Shown one piece after another: positions 55,860-64,000 of a stretch of DNA of 64,000 bases. The notes beneath the pieces are model-generated. The model was not told where the DNA came from. It made no database searches and was given only the letters and a program-made list of their open reading frames with translations. This stretch comes from Candidatus Poribacteria bacterium. Lineage in GTDB: Bacteria > Poribacteria > WGA-4E > WGA-3G. Each line of letters opens with the position of its first letter. The first letter of the stretch is position 1. The stretch is taken from positions 3,168,001 to 3,232,000 of the forward strand of contig OZ219753.1 of the NCBI GenBank assembly GCA_964291315.2, read 5' to 3'. A program made the translations under genes and the position numbers.

Positions 55860-56947
55860 TCCTCATCAGTTTTCAAAACAAATGCATTCTCAGGGGGCCA
55901 TTGTAGATAGATCGTATCGCCGCGTTGAAAGCGTAGGGTTTCCCTCGCGCCCGTATTTTGTTGGTGAACGATGAGTGGATCTGGATAGTCGGTCTGTACT
56001 GTGTATTGCAGCGTTGTGCCAAGGTAACTTTCGTCTTGAATTACGCCGCGTAGGAGATTTGGAACATCAGAAGCGGGTGCCACTCTTAAGTTAAAACGTT
56101 CTGGACGAATCGCAACCGTGACAGGCGTGTTCAATGGGATATCCTTGTTTGACACAGTGACAATTTTAAGCAGCGGTTCTGTTGTTAGCACAATCTCATT
56201 CTCACTGATACATATACCTTCAAGAAAGTTAGAGGTACCAATGAAATCCGCGACGAAGCGGTCATGTGGTGAGTCGTAGATTTCAGCGGGCGTGCCTATC
56301 TGAAGGATTTTCCCATCTTTCATCACTGCAATCCGATCAGACAGCGCTAACGCCTCACCTTGATCATGTGTAACGTAGACGAACGTAATGCCGACTTTGC
56401 GTTGCAGTACTTTGAGTTCCGATTGCATCTGCTTTCGGAGTTTTAAGTCTAGTGCGGAAAGCGGTTCGTCTAAGAGCAAGATACTGGGTTCGTTAATTAA
56501 TGCACGAGCGAGTGCGACGCGCTGCCGCTCGCCGCCAGAGAGTTCACTCGGTTTACGGTCGCCATAGCCGGTCAGTTGAATTAAATTTAATGAACGTTCA
56601 ACGGCATCCGAGATTTCTTGTTTCGATGCCTTTTTCATCTGTAACCCGAAAGCAATATTCTGTGAGACCGTCTTATGAGGAAATAAAGCGTAATTTTGGA
56701 AAACAGTGTTGACAGGCCGACGATAAGGGGGCGTTTTTATCATCAATTCATCGTTGATGTAGACTTCTCCGGTGGTAGGGTACTCGAAACCTCCGATGAG
56801 GCGCAGCGTCGTTGTTTTTCCGCACCCGCTCGGGCCCAGTAGCGAAAAAAATTCACCGCCCTCTATCTGTAGCGACACGTCATCCACAGCGGTGGTGTCG
56901 CCAAACGTTTTCGTTACGGATATGAGCGTAATCTGGCCTACTGACAT
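55856..56947 (-). CDS. potA: PotA-like polyamine ABC transporter ATP-binding subunit
   Basis: GPSGCGKTT, VNTVFQNYALFPH, LSGGERQR, LLLDEPLSALD and a TOBE-like C-terminus. Confidence 0.8.
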   Translation of the reverse strand: MSVGQITLISVTKTFGDTTAVDDVSLQIEGGEFFSLLGPSGCGKTTTLRLIGGFEYPTTGEVYINDELMIKTPPYRRPVNTVFQNYALFPHKTVSQNIAFGLQMKKASKQEISDAVERSLNLIQLTGYGDRKPSELSGGERQRVALARALINEPSILLLDEPLSALDLKLRKQMQSELKVLQRKVGITFVYVTHDQGEALALSDRIAVMKDGKILQIGTPAEIYDSPHDRFVADFIGTSNFLEGICISENEIVLTTEPLLKIVTVSNKDIPLNTPVTVAIRPERFNLRVAPASDVPNLLRGVIQDESYLGTTLQYTVQTDYPDPLIVHQQNTGARETLRFQRGDTIYLQWPPENAFVLKTDED

Positions 56948-56962
56948 GGATACGTTGTTTTT

Positions 56963-57160
56963 TGACAGATGACAATGTTCTCTTCGTTCATCGTTGCAGA
57001 GGTTTCCCCGGCGATATTGGATGGACTGTTCTTCTTCGGCATCCGTTTGTTTGGTATGTTTCGGACGATGGTAACCTTATGCGTGAATCCATGTTGTCGG
57101 AATGCCTCAACAACAAATTCATCAGTCGGTAGCAATACCTCCTTACACGGCAATCGCTAA
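56963..57160 (-). pseudogene. C-terminal remnant of a DNA modification methylase
   Basis: (C)RVR.VLLPTDEF...GF.H..TIVRNIPNKRMPKKNSPSNIAG...TMNEENIVI resembles the C-terminus of MvaI-like N4-cytosine methylases as I recall it. It is frameshifted and headless. Confidence 0.55.
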
Positions 57161-57203
57161 TAATCCGATTGCGGCCATTCTTGCTTTTCAAGGGACTGCA
57201 CGG

Positions 57204-57886
57204 TCACGCTGAATCTTGGTCGATAAGGATATCCCTAATAATACTTTCAGTTTCGGGGATACAGAGAAGCTCCTGAAGAAAATAATAAATGTTATCTTCA
57301 GCATCTAGCTTACGAATTTCTATGATCTCATCGTAATTAATCTCTAGTAGATCACAAAACTCTCTTCCTGTCATTGCTTCTTCAATATCGATTTTCTCTT
57401 TGAATCCTCTCCAAATGACTTCATTATCATCTTGATTAAACGCACAAAAGTGAGTTGAAACCCTATACGGGAGCCGTCCTGCATTTCGTCTAGCAAAGCC
57501 GTGCAGTGCCTCACGTTCGCTATTGGCTTTTTTTGTATCAAAGATGTGTCCATCCTTTAATTCCACAATATGACAATGTTGGTGCCCCCCTCGCCTCTTG
57601 AAAATCATAAAATCAGGTTCTGATCCTTGAGAATCTAATTGGATACACCTCTTAATCTTTTTTTTTCGGCCAAAAGCACACCATTAGGCATGATATCTTT
57701 GCACAGAAAGGTATCTAAGTCGTCTATAGTTTCTACTCTCTCCGCTATGAGTTTTTCTAACTCACTCCCTGCAGAGATCACTGTTCCCTGCACCTTGCTC
57801 ATGAGTTCACCTAATGCCTCATTACCGAATAAGCGAGCATATCCGCCAGAAGATTCCTTAGGGATTCTACCTCTAATTTTTGCCAC
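57204..57886 (-). CDS. Type II restriction endonuclease (PD-(D/E)xK), frameshifted at an A9 tract (T9 at 57658-57666). A10 gives 227 aa.
   Basis: The joined frame reads ...AEKKKIKRCIQLDSQGSEPDFMIFK...IVELKDG. It lies directly downstream of a methylase. Confidence 0.75.
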
Positions 57887-57887
57887 C

Positions 57888-58649
57888 TTATCCCTCCAGA
57901 TCGCAACCAATGAAATTTCGATTTTTTGAGAGCGCTGCTTCCATGACAGAAAAAGACCCCGCGGCAGGGTCTATTACATAATCGCCTTCATTACTAACCG
58001 CAGCAATAAGTTCTGCTTGCAAGCAGACAGGTTTCTGATGCGGATGCTTTTTCGTTTTCGTCCGTTCGACCCAAACATCGCGAATGTTATGTATTTTCCA
58101 AATCCCTTTGGCCTTTCTAGGGTGCTTCTGCAGAACAACACAATATTCGCTCACGCGCCTGGATCGATATCCCATCCCAAACCTGTCTTTATTCCAGACG
58201 ATCAAATCAACAGTATCTAATTGTGTACTATCAAACCAGGTTCTAAAACCTTGACACAGGTGAAATTTATCTATCCACAGAAACAGATGCCCGGTCGGGA
58301 TAAGCACATCGGCAATGCCTCGAATGAATTCACCGATGAGTTCCTCAGGCATCTGTGTCAATGAACACCTACGTTTTTCTCTACTTTTTCCCTCGTTGCC
58401 ATAATTCATTCTGTCAAGCACCCCTCGATACTGTGGATCAAGAAACGCTACAGGTATAGCTTCTTTGGGAAGATGAGACAGGAGTTTTAGCCCCTCCATC
58501 TTTAACCTTGTATTCGGTTTCAAAAAATTGGGCAGATCGATAGGTGGGGCTTGTACAAGCCGCTCAGTAGAAAATACAGTATTTTTAGCATGATCGGTTG
58601 CTTCCGGGAAAAGTGTAAAGGTTTCCGACGTAGCGGCCAATTTCTTCAT
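57888..58649 (-). CDS. N4/N6 DNA methyltransferase (beta class)
   Basis: FLDPQY catalytic motif, HPHQKP and VIDPAAGSFS. Confidence 0.88.
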   Translation of the reverse strand: MKKLAATSETFTLFPEATDHAKNTVFSTERLVQAPPIDLPNFLKPNTRLKMEGLKLLSHLPKEAIPVAFLDPQYRGVLDRMNYGNEGKSREKRRCSLTQMPEELIGEFIRGIADVLIPTGHLFLWIDKFHLCQGFRTWFDSTQLDTVDLIVWNKDRFGMGYRSRRVSEYCVVLQKHPRKAKGIWKIHNIRDVWVERTKTKKHPHQKPVCLQAELIAAVSNEGDYVIDPAAGSFSVMEAALSKNRNFIGCDLEG

Positions 58650-58674
58650 GGATTCTCCTTAACTATTAATCGAC

Positions 58675-60120
58675 TTAATCAGCTGATAGTATTCGAATTA
58701 ATATCTGATTCACCAGTTGCGGGTTCGCCTTTCCACGAGTAACACGCATCACTTGTCCTACAAGGAATCCGATCGCTTTTTTGGTGCCGTCTCGGTAATC
58801 TTGAGCAGGACCGGGGTTTTCCTTCACAACCTGTAACACAATATTTTCTATTTTTGAACTATCCGTAATCTGCGCCAACCCCTTTTCTTCAACGATATCT
58901 GTCGGCATTTTGCCGGTCTCAAAGGCATCATCAAGTACAGACTTAGCAATTTTTCCGCTGATGGTTGCGTTATCAATCAATTGAATGAGTTCGCTGAGAT
59001 GCGCCGGCGTCACTCTTGAGTCTTGGATATTAATTTCTGATGTGTTCAGGAGTCGCGTTAAGTCCCCCATGATCCAGTTTGCACAGGCAGTAGGTTGAGC
59101 GCTGCGTTTTGCTGCTTCATCGAAGAATTCAGCGAGGGGGCGGGTGGCCGTCAGGAATTCGGCGTTTTCAGCTGAGATGCCGTAATCTGCAATGAAGCGT
59201 TTGCGGCGAGCTGCGGGGAGTTCTGGGAGCGTCGGTCGGATGTCCGCTATCCATTCATCACTGATCTGTATGTGAACGAGGTCCGGCTCTGGAAAATAGC
59301 GATAGTCGTCCGCTTCTTCTTTGCCACGCATCGCCACAGTCTTCCCGGTGGTGGCATCAAAGAGGAGTGTCTCTTGGACGACTTCGTCACCTGCGTCTAA
59401 AATTCGAGCCTGGCGTTTTACTTCATATTCCATCGCATCGATCAGTTCTTGGAACGAGTTCTTGTTTTTGATTTCTGTCCGCGTTCCCAATTCCTGGCTC
59501 CCCTTGGATCGTAACGATAGGTTAGGCTCACATCGCAGGCTACCTTCTTCCATGTTGCAGTTACTGACTCCGATATATTCCAAAATTTCTTTAACAGCAC
59601 GACAGTAAGCGATAGCTTCGTCAGGGGAACGTAGCTCGGGCTCACTTACAATTTCAAGTAAAGGAACGCCTGCTCGATTGAAATCCATAAAACTACGACT
59701 GGGGTCGCCTGTGATCTGAGCGTGAATAGACTTCCCTGCGTCCTCTTCGAGATGAATTCTCCGGAGTGCGACAGTGAGCGGTTCACCTTCAAAATCAAAC
59801 GTTACCTGCCCGTTCTGACAGAAAGGTATGTCATACTGCGAAATTTGGTAGTTCTTCGGTAAATCTGGATAGAAATAGTTTTTACGGTCGAATTTACTAG
59901 AAGCTGTAATGTCACACGCCATTGCCAAGCCGGCGCGAACCGCAAATTCCACTGCCCGTCTATTGACGACAGGCAGCGTTCCTGGCATTCCTAAGCAAAT
60001 TGGGCACGTACAGGCGTTTGCCAAAGCACCAAAGGTATAGGCGCAATTGCAGAAGAGCTTACTCTCTGTGCATAATTCTGCATGGATTTCCAATCCAATA
60101 ACTATTTCATATTTTTCCAT
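58675..60120 (-). CDS. gatB: Asp/Glu-tRNA amidotransferase subunit B
   Basis: IGLEIHAEL, RKNYFYPDLPK, HLEEDAGK and YRYFPEPDL. Confidence 0.97.
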   Translation of the reverse strand: MEKYEIVIGLEIHAELCTESKLFCNCAYTFGALANACTCPICLGMPGTLPVVNRRAVEFAVRAGLAMACDITASSKFDRKNYFYPDLPKNYQISQYDIPFCQNGQVTFDFEGEPLTVALRRIHLEEDAGKSIHAQITGDPSRSFMDFNRAGVPLLEIVSEPELRSPDEAIAYCRAVKEILEYIGVSNCNMEEGSLRCEPNLSLRSKGSQELGTRTEIKNKNSFQELIDAMEYEVKRQARILDAGDEVVQETLLFDATTGKTVAMRGKEEADDYRYFPEPDLVHIQISDEWIADIRPTLPELPAARRKRFIADYGISAENAEFLTATRPLAEFFDEAAKRSAQPTACANWIMGDLTRLLNTSEINIQDSRVTPAHLSELIQLIDNATISGKIAKSVLDDAFETGKMPTDIVEEKGLAQITDSSKIENIVLQVVKENPGPAQDYRDGTKKAIGFLVGQVMRVTRGKANPQLVNQILIRILSAD

Positions 60121-60213
60121 ATATCATGACGTTCCTTCTCGTTTCAATCTGTCGCGATCATACCAACCTTAGCGGATGAGATAAGGTAGCTCATGCTTGC
60201 ATAAAAACATGCT

Positions 60214-60987
60214 CTATAAGGATCTCCGCGAAAACTCGTTGACGACGGCGACGTTTGATTCGACTTCGTCCTTTGAAGTCATACCGATAGTCATTGCATG
60301 TACACAAGATAAGCGCATCACAAATTCAATTGCTTCGCGTTGGCGCGGCGCTTCCGTCGCCAATTTACCCTGTCCGAGGACCTTCATGCCGTAAATACCT
60401 TTTCCTGCAAACGCCATCTGTTGCATTGTACGGATGACATCAGCCGGAGAAGCATCCATATGAACCCCGGCATGATTAATTCGCGCCAAAACGACATCAA
60501 CCCATTCTGTCGTTGCAGATGTTTGGAACGCACCGAAATCATGACAAGATACGCCGTGGGCACGAATCAGCCCCTGCTCCTTACAACGGACGAGTGCCTC
60601 CATAGTCTCCGGATATCGCTGTGGCCAGTCAACCTGTGTGAGACAATGGAGCAGAACAATATCAACATAATCAGACCCAATTTCTTTAAGAAAACGTTTC
60701 ACATCAGCTTCCACCGTTTCACGCGCGCGGGACACCGTCTTTGTAGTAATAGTGATACTCTCCCTTGGCAGTTCTTTGAGTGCTGCCTTGACATGTGGAT
60801 GACTCCCATATTGATCAGCAGAATCCCAGAATGTCACGCCTTTTTCATGTGAAAATAGGAGCAAATCGCGCAATCCTTCTAATCCCAAATCTGTCTGATT
60901 TGAGCGGCCATTCCAACCATTCGACCCGGTACCAATTGAGAGCCTTGAAACCTGCAATCCTGTTTCCCCAAGTGCTACAATTTCCAT
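60214..60987 (-). CDS. Aldo/keto reductase
   Basis: LGETGLQVSRL, WDSADQYG and YVDIVLLH. Confidence 0.88.
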   Translation of the reverse strand: MEIVALGETGLQVSRLSIGTGSNGWNGRSNQTDLGLEGLRDLLLFSHEKGVTFWDSADQYGSHPHVKAALKELPRESITITTKTVSRARETVEADVKRFLKEIGSDYVDIVLLHCLTQVDWPQRYPETMEALVRCKEQGLIRAHGVSCHDFGAFQTSATTEWVDVVLARINHAGVHMDASPADVIRTMQQMAFAGKGIYGMKVLGQGKLATEAPRQREAIEFVMRLSCVHAMTIGMTSKDEVESNVAVVNEFSRRSL

Positions 60988-61243
60988 CAGATATCCTCCT
61001 TAGTTCGAGACCTATAAGGCATCTAAACCATACAATCAGTTATGAGTGTAAATTAAGTGTAACACAAGCCCCAAAATTTGGCAAGCGATTTCTATGAGAT
61101 TCACTTTTTTGTTGCCTTCTCACCTCAGACAACGTTATAGTATAAGTTATAGCATACGATATTAGTCGGAAAATCTATCTTCATCGTCATTGTCGTCAAT
61201 TACACACTAATTTCCATTGAGGGAGACCAACAGAGATATCGAA

Positions 61244-63523
61244 ATGAAATATACAATTTTTTGGGGCATAAACCGAATTCAGTCTGACCTGAAAGTGAAA
61301 CTACACGCTGGGTCATATCCCATCTTAATTCAGAGAACTTTTTACGGTCTGCTAGCTCTGGTTTATAGCTGCCTTACAATAGGGATACCCGTTTTTGCTG
61401 ATGAAGAACATAGTGCTGCATGGAAAGAAGCCTTCGCTTTAATTGACCAACGGAACCGCAAAAGTGCAGTCTCCAAATTGGAGGTTTTATTGCAAATGGA
61501 TCTATCTGAATCAGAGAAACTTCAGATTCATCACGTACTCGGTTATAACTATGAGAAGCTTAGAAATCGACCAAAAGCTGTTCGTCATTACGCACGTGTC
61601 GCCTCGCTTAATTATCCATTAGCAGATCATGCTGTGTACCGTCTTGCGAAGCTGTATAAAGGAATGAACAATAACACGCGGGCGATAAAGTGGTATGCAC
61701 AACTCGTTAAGGATTACCCCACGAGTTTCTACTTTTTGGAAGCAAAAGAGGCTTTGGCACAGCTGTATCTTGATCAGAAACAGTACGAAGCGGCAAAACT
61801 AGAGTTCACTGAACTGGTTAACCACTCACAATATAAGAGACAGGCAGCCTTCGGGTTAGCACGCTGTAACGAAGAACTCGGCGATATTGGTGCAGCATTT
61901 AAGGCCTACCGCGAACTTATAACAGAGAATCACTCAGGAAGCGCTGCCAAAAAAGCACTAGATCGACTCAAAAAACTCACGCGGGGAAATAAATCTTTAA
62001 AACTCACTCCGCATGATCGGATTAATTGTGGTTTGGTCTTCTTTTCGCATAAGGCGTGGAAGTCTGCGGTATCAGAATTAGAGCGGATTCCCAAGACACT
62101 AAATATAGAGATACGGGCACAAGCACTATACCACATTGGGCGAAGTTACGAGGGACGCAAGTGGTATAACACTGCGATTAAAAAGTATAACGCAGTGCTC
62201 GCCCTCGGGAATAACAACGAATATCTGACACGAGCGACCTATCGAATAGCACAATGTTACCAGAAAAAAGGACACCTCAAAACTGCAGTTAACCGACTTG
62301 AAAAATTTGTAAAAAACCACACATGGAGCGCGTTGGTAGATGATGCTCTATACGATATCGCGCAAATCCGTGAGAAACAAGACAAATCGGAATTGGCATT
62401 GGATGCTTATGCTCGTTTAACCGAAACGGCACCTAAGAGCCCCTACGCCGATGTAGCAGCGTGGCGCACAGGTTGGCAACGTTTCGACGAAAGACGCTAC
62501 GAAGAAAGCTACAAGGCCTTCAAAGGGTTGAAGGAAAATTTTCCGGGAAATAGATATGCCATGGGAGCCCATTTCTGGATGGCAAAGATCCGAGAACGCC
62601 AAAAACGACCTGCTCTCGCTCGAAAATTATACCAAGAAGTGGCTGAAGCAAGATATTGGTACTATACAGCCAGGGCAAAGGCAATTCTGGAAATTACTGC
62701 CTCGGAATTGGAACCTAAAGCTGTTGAGGACGCAAAATTACCGTTGTGTGAGACGTGCTCACATCAGGTAACCTCGTTGATGACGCTCAGACTTTATGAA
62801 GATGCCATCGCACATTTAAACCGGCACATCAATACAAGAGCGGTCCTAGAACGCCAATGTTTTTATAATTTGATTACATGCTACGAACGTCTCGCGATGT
62901 ATGATAAAGCCCGGAAGTTAACCGAAGAAGCGCTTGACAGTCCGGCTTTTGCAAACGCATCACGAGCAGATTTAGCGAAACTCCAACGCAAACTTTACCC
63001 ACGCTATTACACGAACACAGTTGAAAAATACGCACAACTCTACAACGTAGACCCTTTTCTAATCGCTGCAATGATTTTAGAGGAAAGCCGATACAACCAG
63101 GAAATAGTTTCTTGGGCAGGCGCGATCGGATTGATGCAGATTATGCCCGCTACCGGGAGAGAACTCGCTCAAAGCCTCAAAATTCGGCGCTTCCGAACCG
63201 CAATGCTTAAACAACCCGACGTGAATATTCGGATGGGAACGAAGTACATCGCCTACCTTAATTCGCTATTTGATGGCAACCCGATGTTGGTGATCGGCGC
63301 GTATAACGGAGGGCCCGGACGGATGAAGCGATGGGTGGCCTCAAAAAATATAAAGGACATAGATGAATTTGTGGAGAAAATTACCATCCGAGAAACCCGG
63401 CTCCATATTAAGAAAGTTATCGACAGCCACTACAACTATGTCGGAACTTATCGGCAAACCGATGAACCGCCCGCGGTGAACTCCAAAGCAGACATCACAC
63501 CGAAGCGATTCGGAGGGTTTTAG
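61244..63523 (+). CDS. slt: TPR-repeat soluble lytic transglycosylase (Slt70-like); start uncertain
   Basis: TPR-like helices, then ILEESRY, GAIGLMQIMP, AYNGGPG and ET..HIKKV. Confidence 0.85.
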   Translation: MKYTIFWGINRIQSDLKVKLHAGSYPILIQRTFYGLLALVYSCLTIGIPVFADEEHSAAWKEAFALIDQRNRKSAVSKLEVLLQMDLSESEKLQIHHVLGYNYEKLRNRPKAVRHYARVASLNYPLADHAVYRLAKLYKGMNNNTRAIKWYAQLVKDYPTSFYFLEAKEALAQLYLDQKQYEAAKLEFTELVNHSQYKRQAAFGLARCNEELGDIGAAFKAYRELITENHSGSAAKKALDRLKKLTRGNKSLKLTPHDRINCGLVFFSHKAWKSAVSELERIPKTLNIEIRAQALYHIGRSYEGRKWYNTAIKKYNAVLALGNNNEYLTRATYRIAQCYQKKGHLKTAVNRLEKFVKNHTWSALVDDALYDIAQIREKQDKSELALDAYARLTETAPKSPYADVAAWRTGWQRFDERRYEESYKAFKGLKENFPGNRYAMGAHFWMAKIRERQKRPALARKLYQEVAEARYWYYTARAKAILEITASELEPKAVEDAKLPLCETCSHQVTSLMTLRLYEDAIAHLNRHINTRAVLERQCFYNLITCYERLAMYDKARKLTEEALDSPAFANASRADLAKLQRKLYPRYYTNTVEKYAQLYNVDPFLIAAMILEESRYNQEIVSWAGAIGLMQIMPATGRELAQSLKIRRFRTAMLKQPDVNIRMGTKYIAYLNSLFDGNPMLVIGAYNGGPGRMKRWVASKNIKDIDEFVEKITIRETRLHIKKVIDSHYNYVGTYRQTDEPPAVNSKADITPKRFGGF

Positions 63524-63580
63524 TTATCTGATACAACGCGGCAAATTAACAACTGCTAATTCTGTTTTTTTTCGGAAAAG

Positions 63581-63609
63581 TTGACACAGGATTAAAATTA
63601 GCGTATAAT
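63581..63609 (+). promoter_or_regulatory. Consensus promoter P1
   Basis: TTGACA-17 bp-TATAAT. Confidence 0.75.
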
Positions 63610-63691
63610 GCTATCTATCCAAGCTTCCGCTACAAAACCCTGTCTGTGTCAGGAATGGAGTAGCGGTTAATGAACGGTGTCAAGAACATAT

Positions 63692-63720
63692 TTGACAATC
63701 TCGAAAAAATGTAGTATCAT
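63692..63720 (+). promoter_or_regulatory. Tandem promoter P2
   Basis: TTGACA-17 bp-TATCAT. Confidence 0.65.
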
Positions 63721-63749
63721 ATATGTAACGCGAGTTTGAAAAAAGATTT

Positions 63750-63955
63750 AGGGCTGCGCTTTTATAGCATCGCCTGTTCGGTCTGAAAGCCATTGGTAGC
63801 ATAGACTGTGAGGCTGTGCCGCTTCAACACTTGTTAGAACTTGCGACTGCAAGCAGCTCCTCGTAGAGAACGCCACAACCGGCCCCTAAAAGCAGGGGAT
63901 CCACGTTCAGCAGAATCCTGCATGCGTTGGTTGGCGGAATGTATCAAACGGTGTA
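63750..63955 (+). ncRNA. Candidate structured RNA or leader, unidentified
   Basis: GC-rich, ORF-free island with nested stems: CTTGC/GCAAG, CGCCA(C)AACC/GGTTGGCG, CCCCT/AGGGG and GCAG/CTGC. Confidence 0.4.
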
Positions 63956-64000
63956 AATAACATTTTAATGTTTCGATATTTCACATAGAGTTAGAAACGA

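Overview
Bacterial chromosome window, very probably Candidatus Poribacteria (sponge-symbiont lineage), judged from 16S signatures: a deviant 27F site AGAGTATGATACCGGCTCAG and matches to Poribacteria-specific primer/probe sites as I recall them. The core genes are sugar and redox enzymes, a xanthine-dehydrogenase-family trio, hisF, murJ, thiDE, rsmB, rpsT, ileS, gatB and a lytic transglycosylase. Two unexplained structures stand out. (1) Two unrelated DNA-methyltransferase genes 43 kb apart (a type III Mod and an Eco57I/type IIG-like gene) are both broken at a poly-G tract inside the same ~30-bp sequence, AAGC-G8/9-TA-N5-TGATAAG. G10 or G7 restores both genes and gives the same peptide, SGGGVxxDK. 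This looks like a shared, portable phase-variation switch. A third restriction gene is broken at an A9 tract. (2) A 13-kb, all-plus-strand mosaic around a 16S gene with no 23S in the window (13.3-26.4 kb). Here orphan secreted Cys/His peptides and N-terminally anchored proteins sit between long, slightly diverged direct repeats: the xdh 3' end plus moaD, the 3' half of 16S plus its trailer, a 1.2-kb cargo block, and a tRNA-Ile promoter plus decayed tRNA. No integrase or transposase is present, and gene stumps lie at the junctions. Also found: a likely Ile-codon leader-peptide attenuator ahead of a GVHH-motif IleRS2, a ParA-HEPN pair, and an unidentified structured RNA at the right end. All calls come from reading the sequence; no searches were run.
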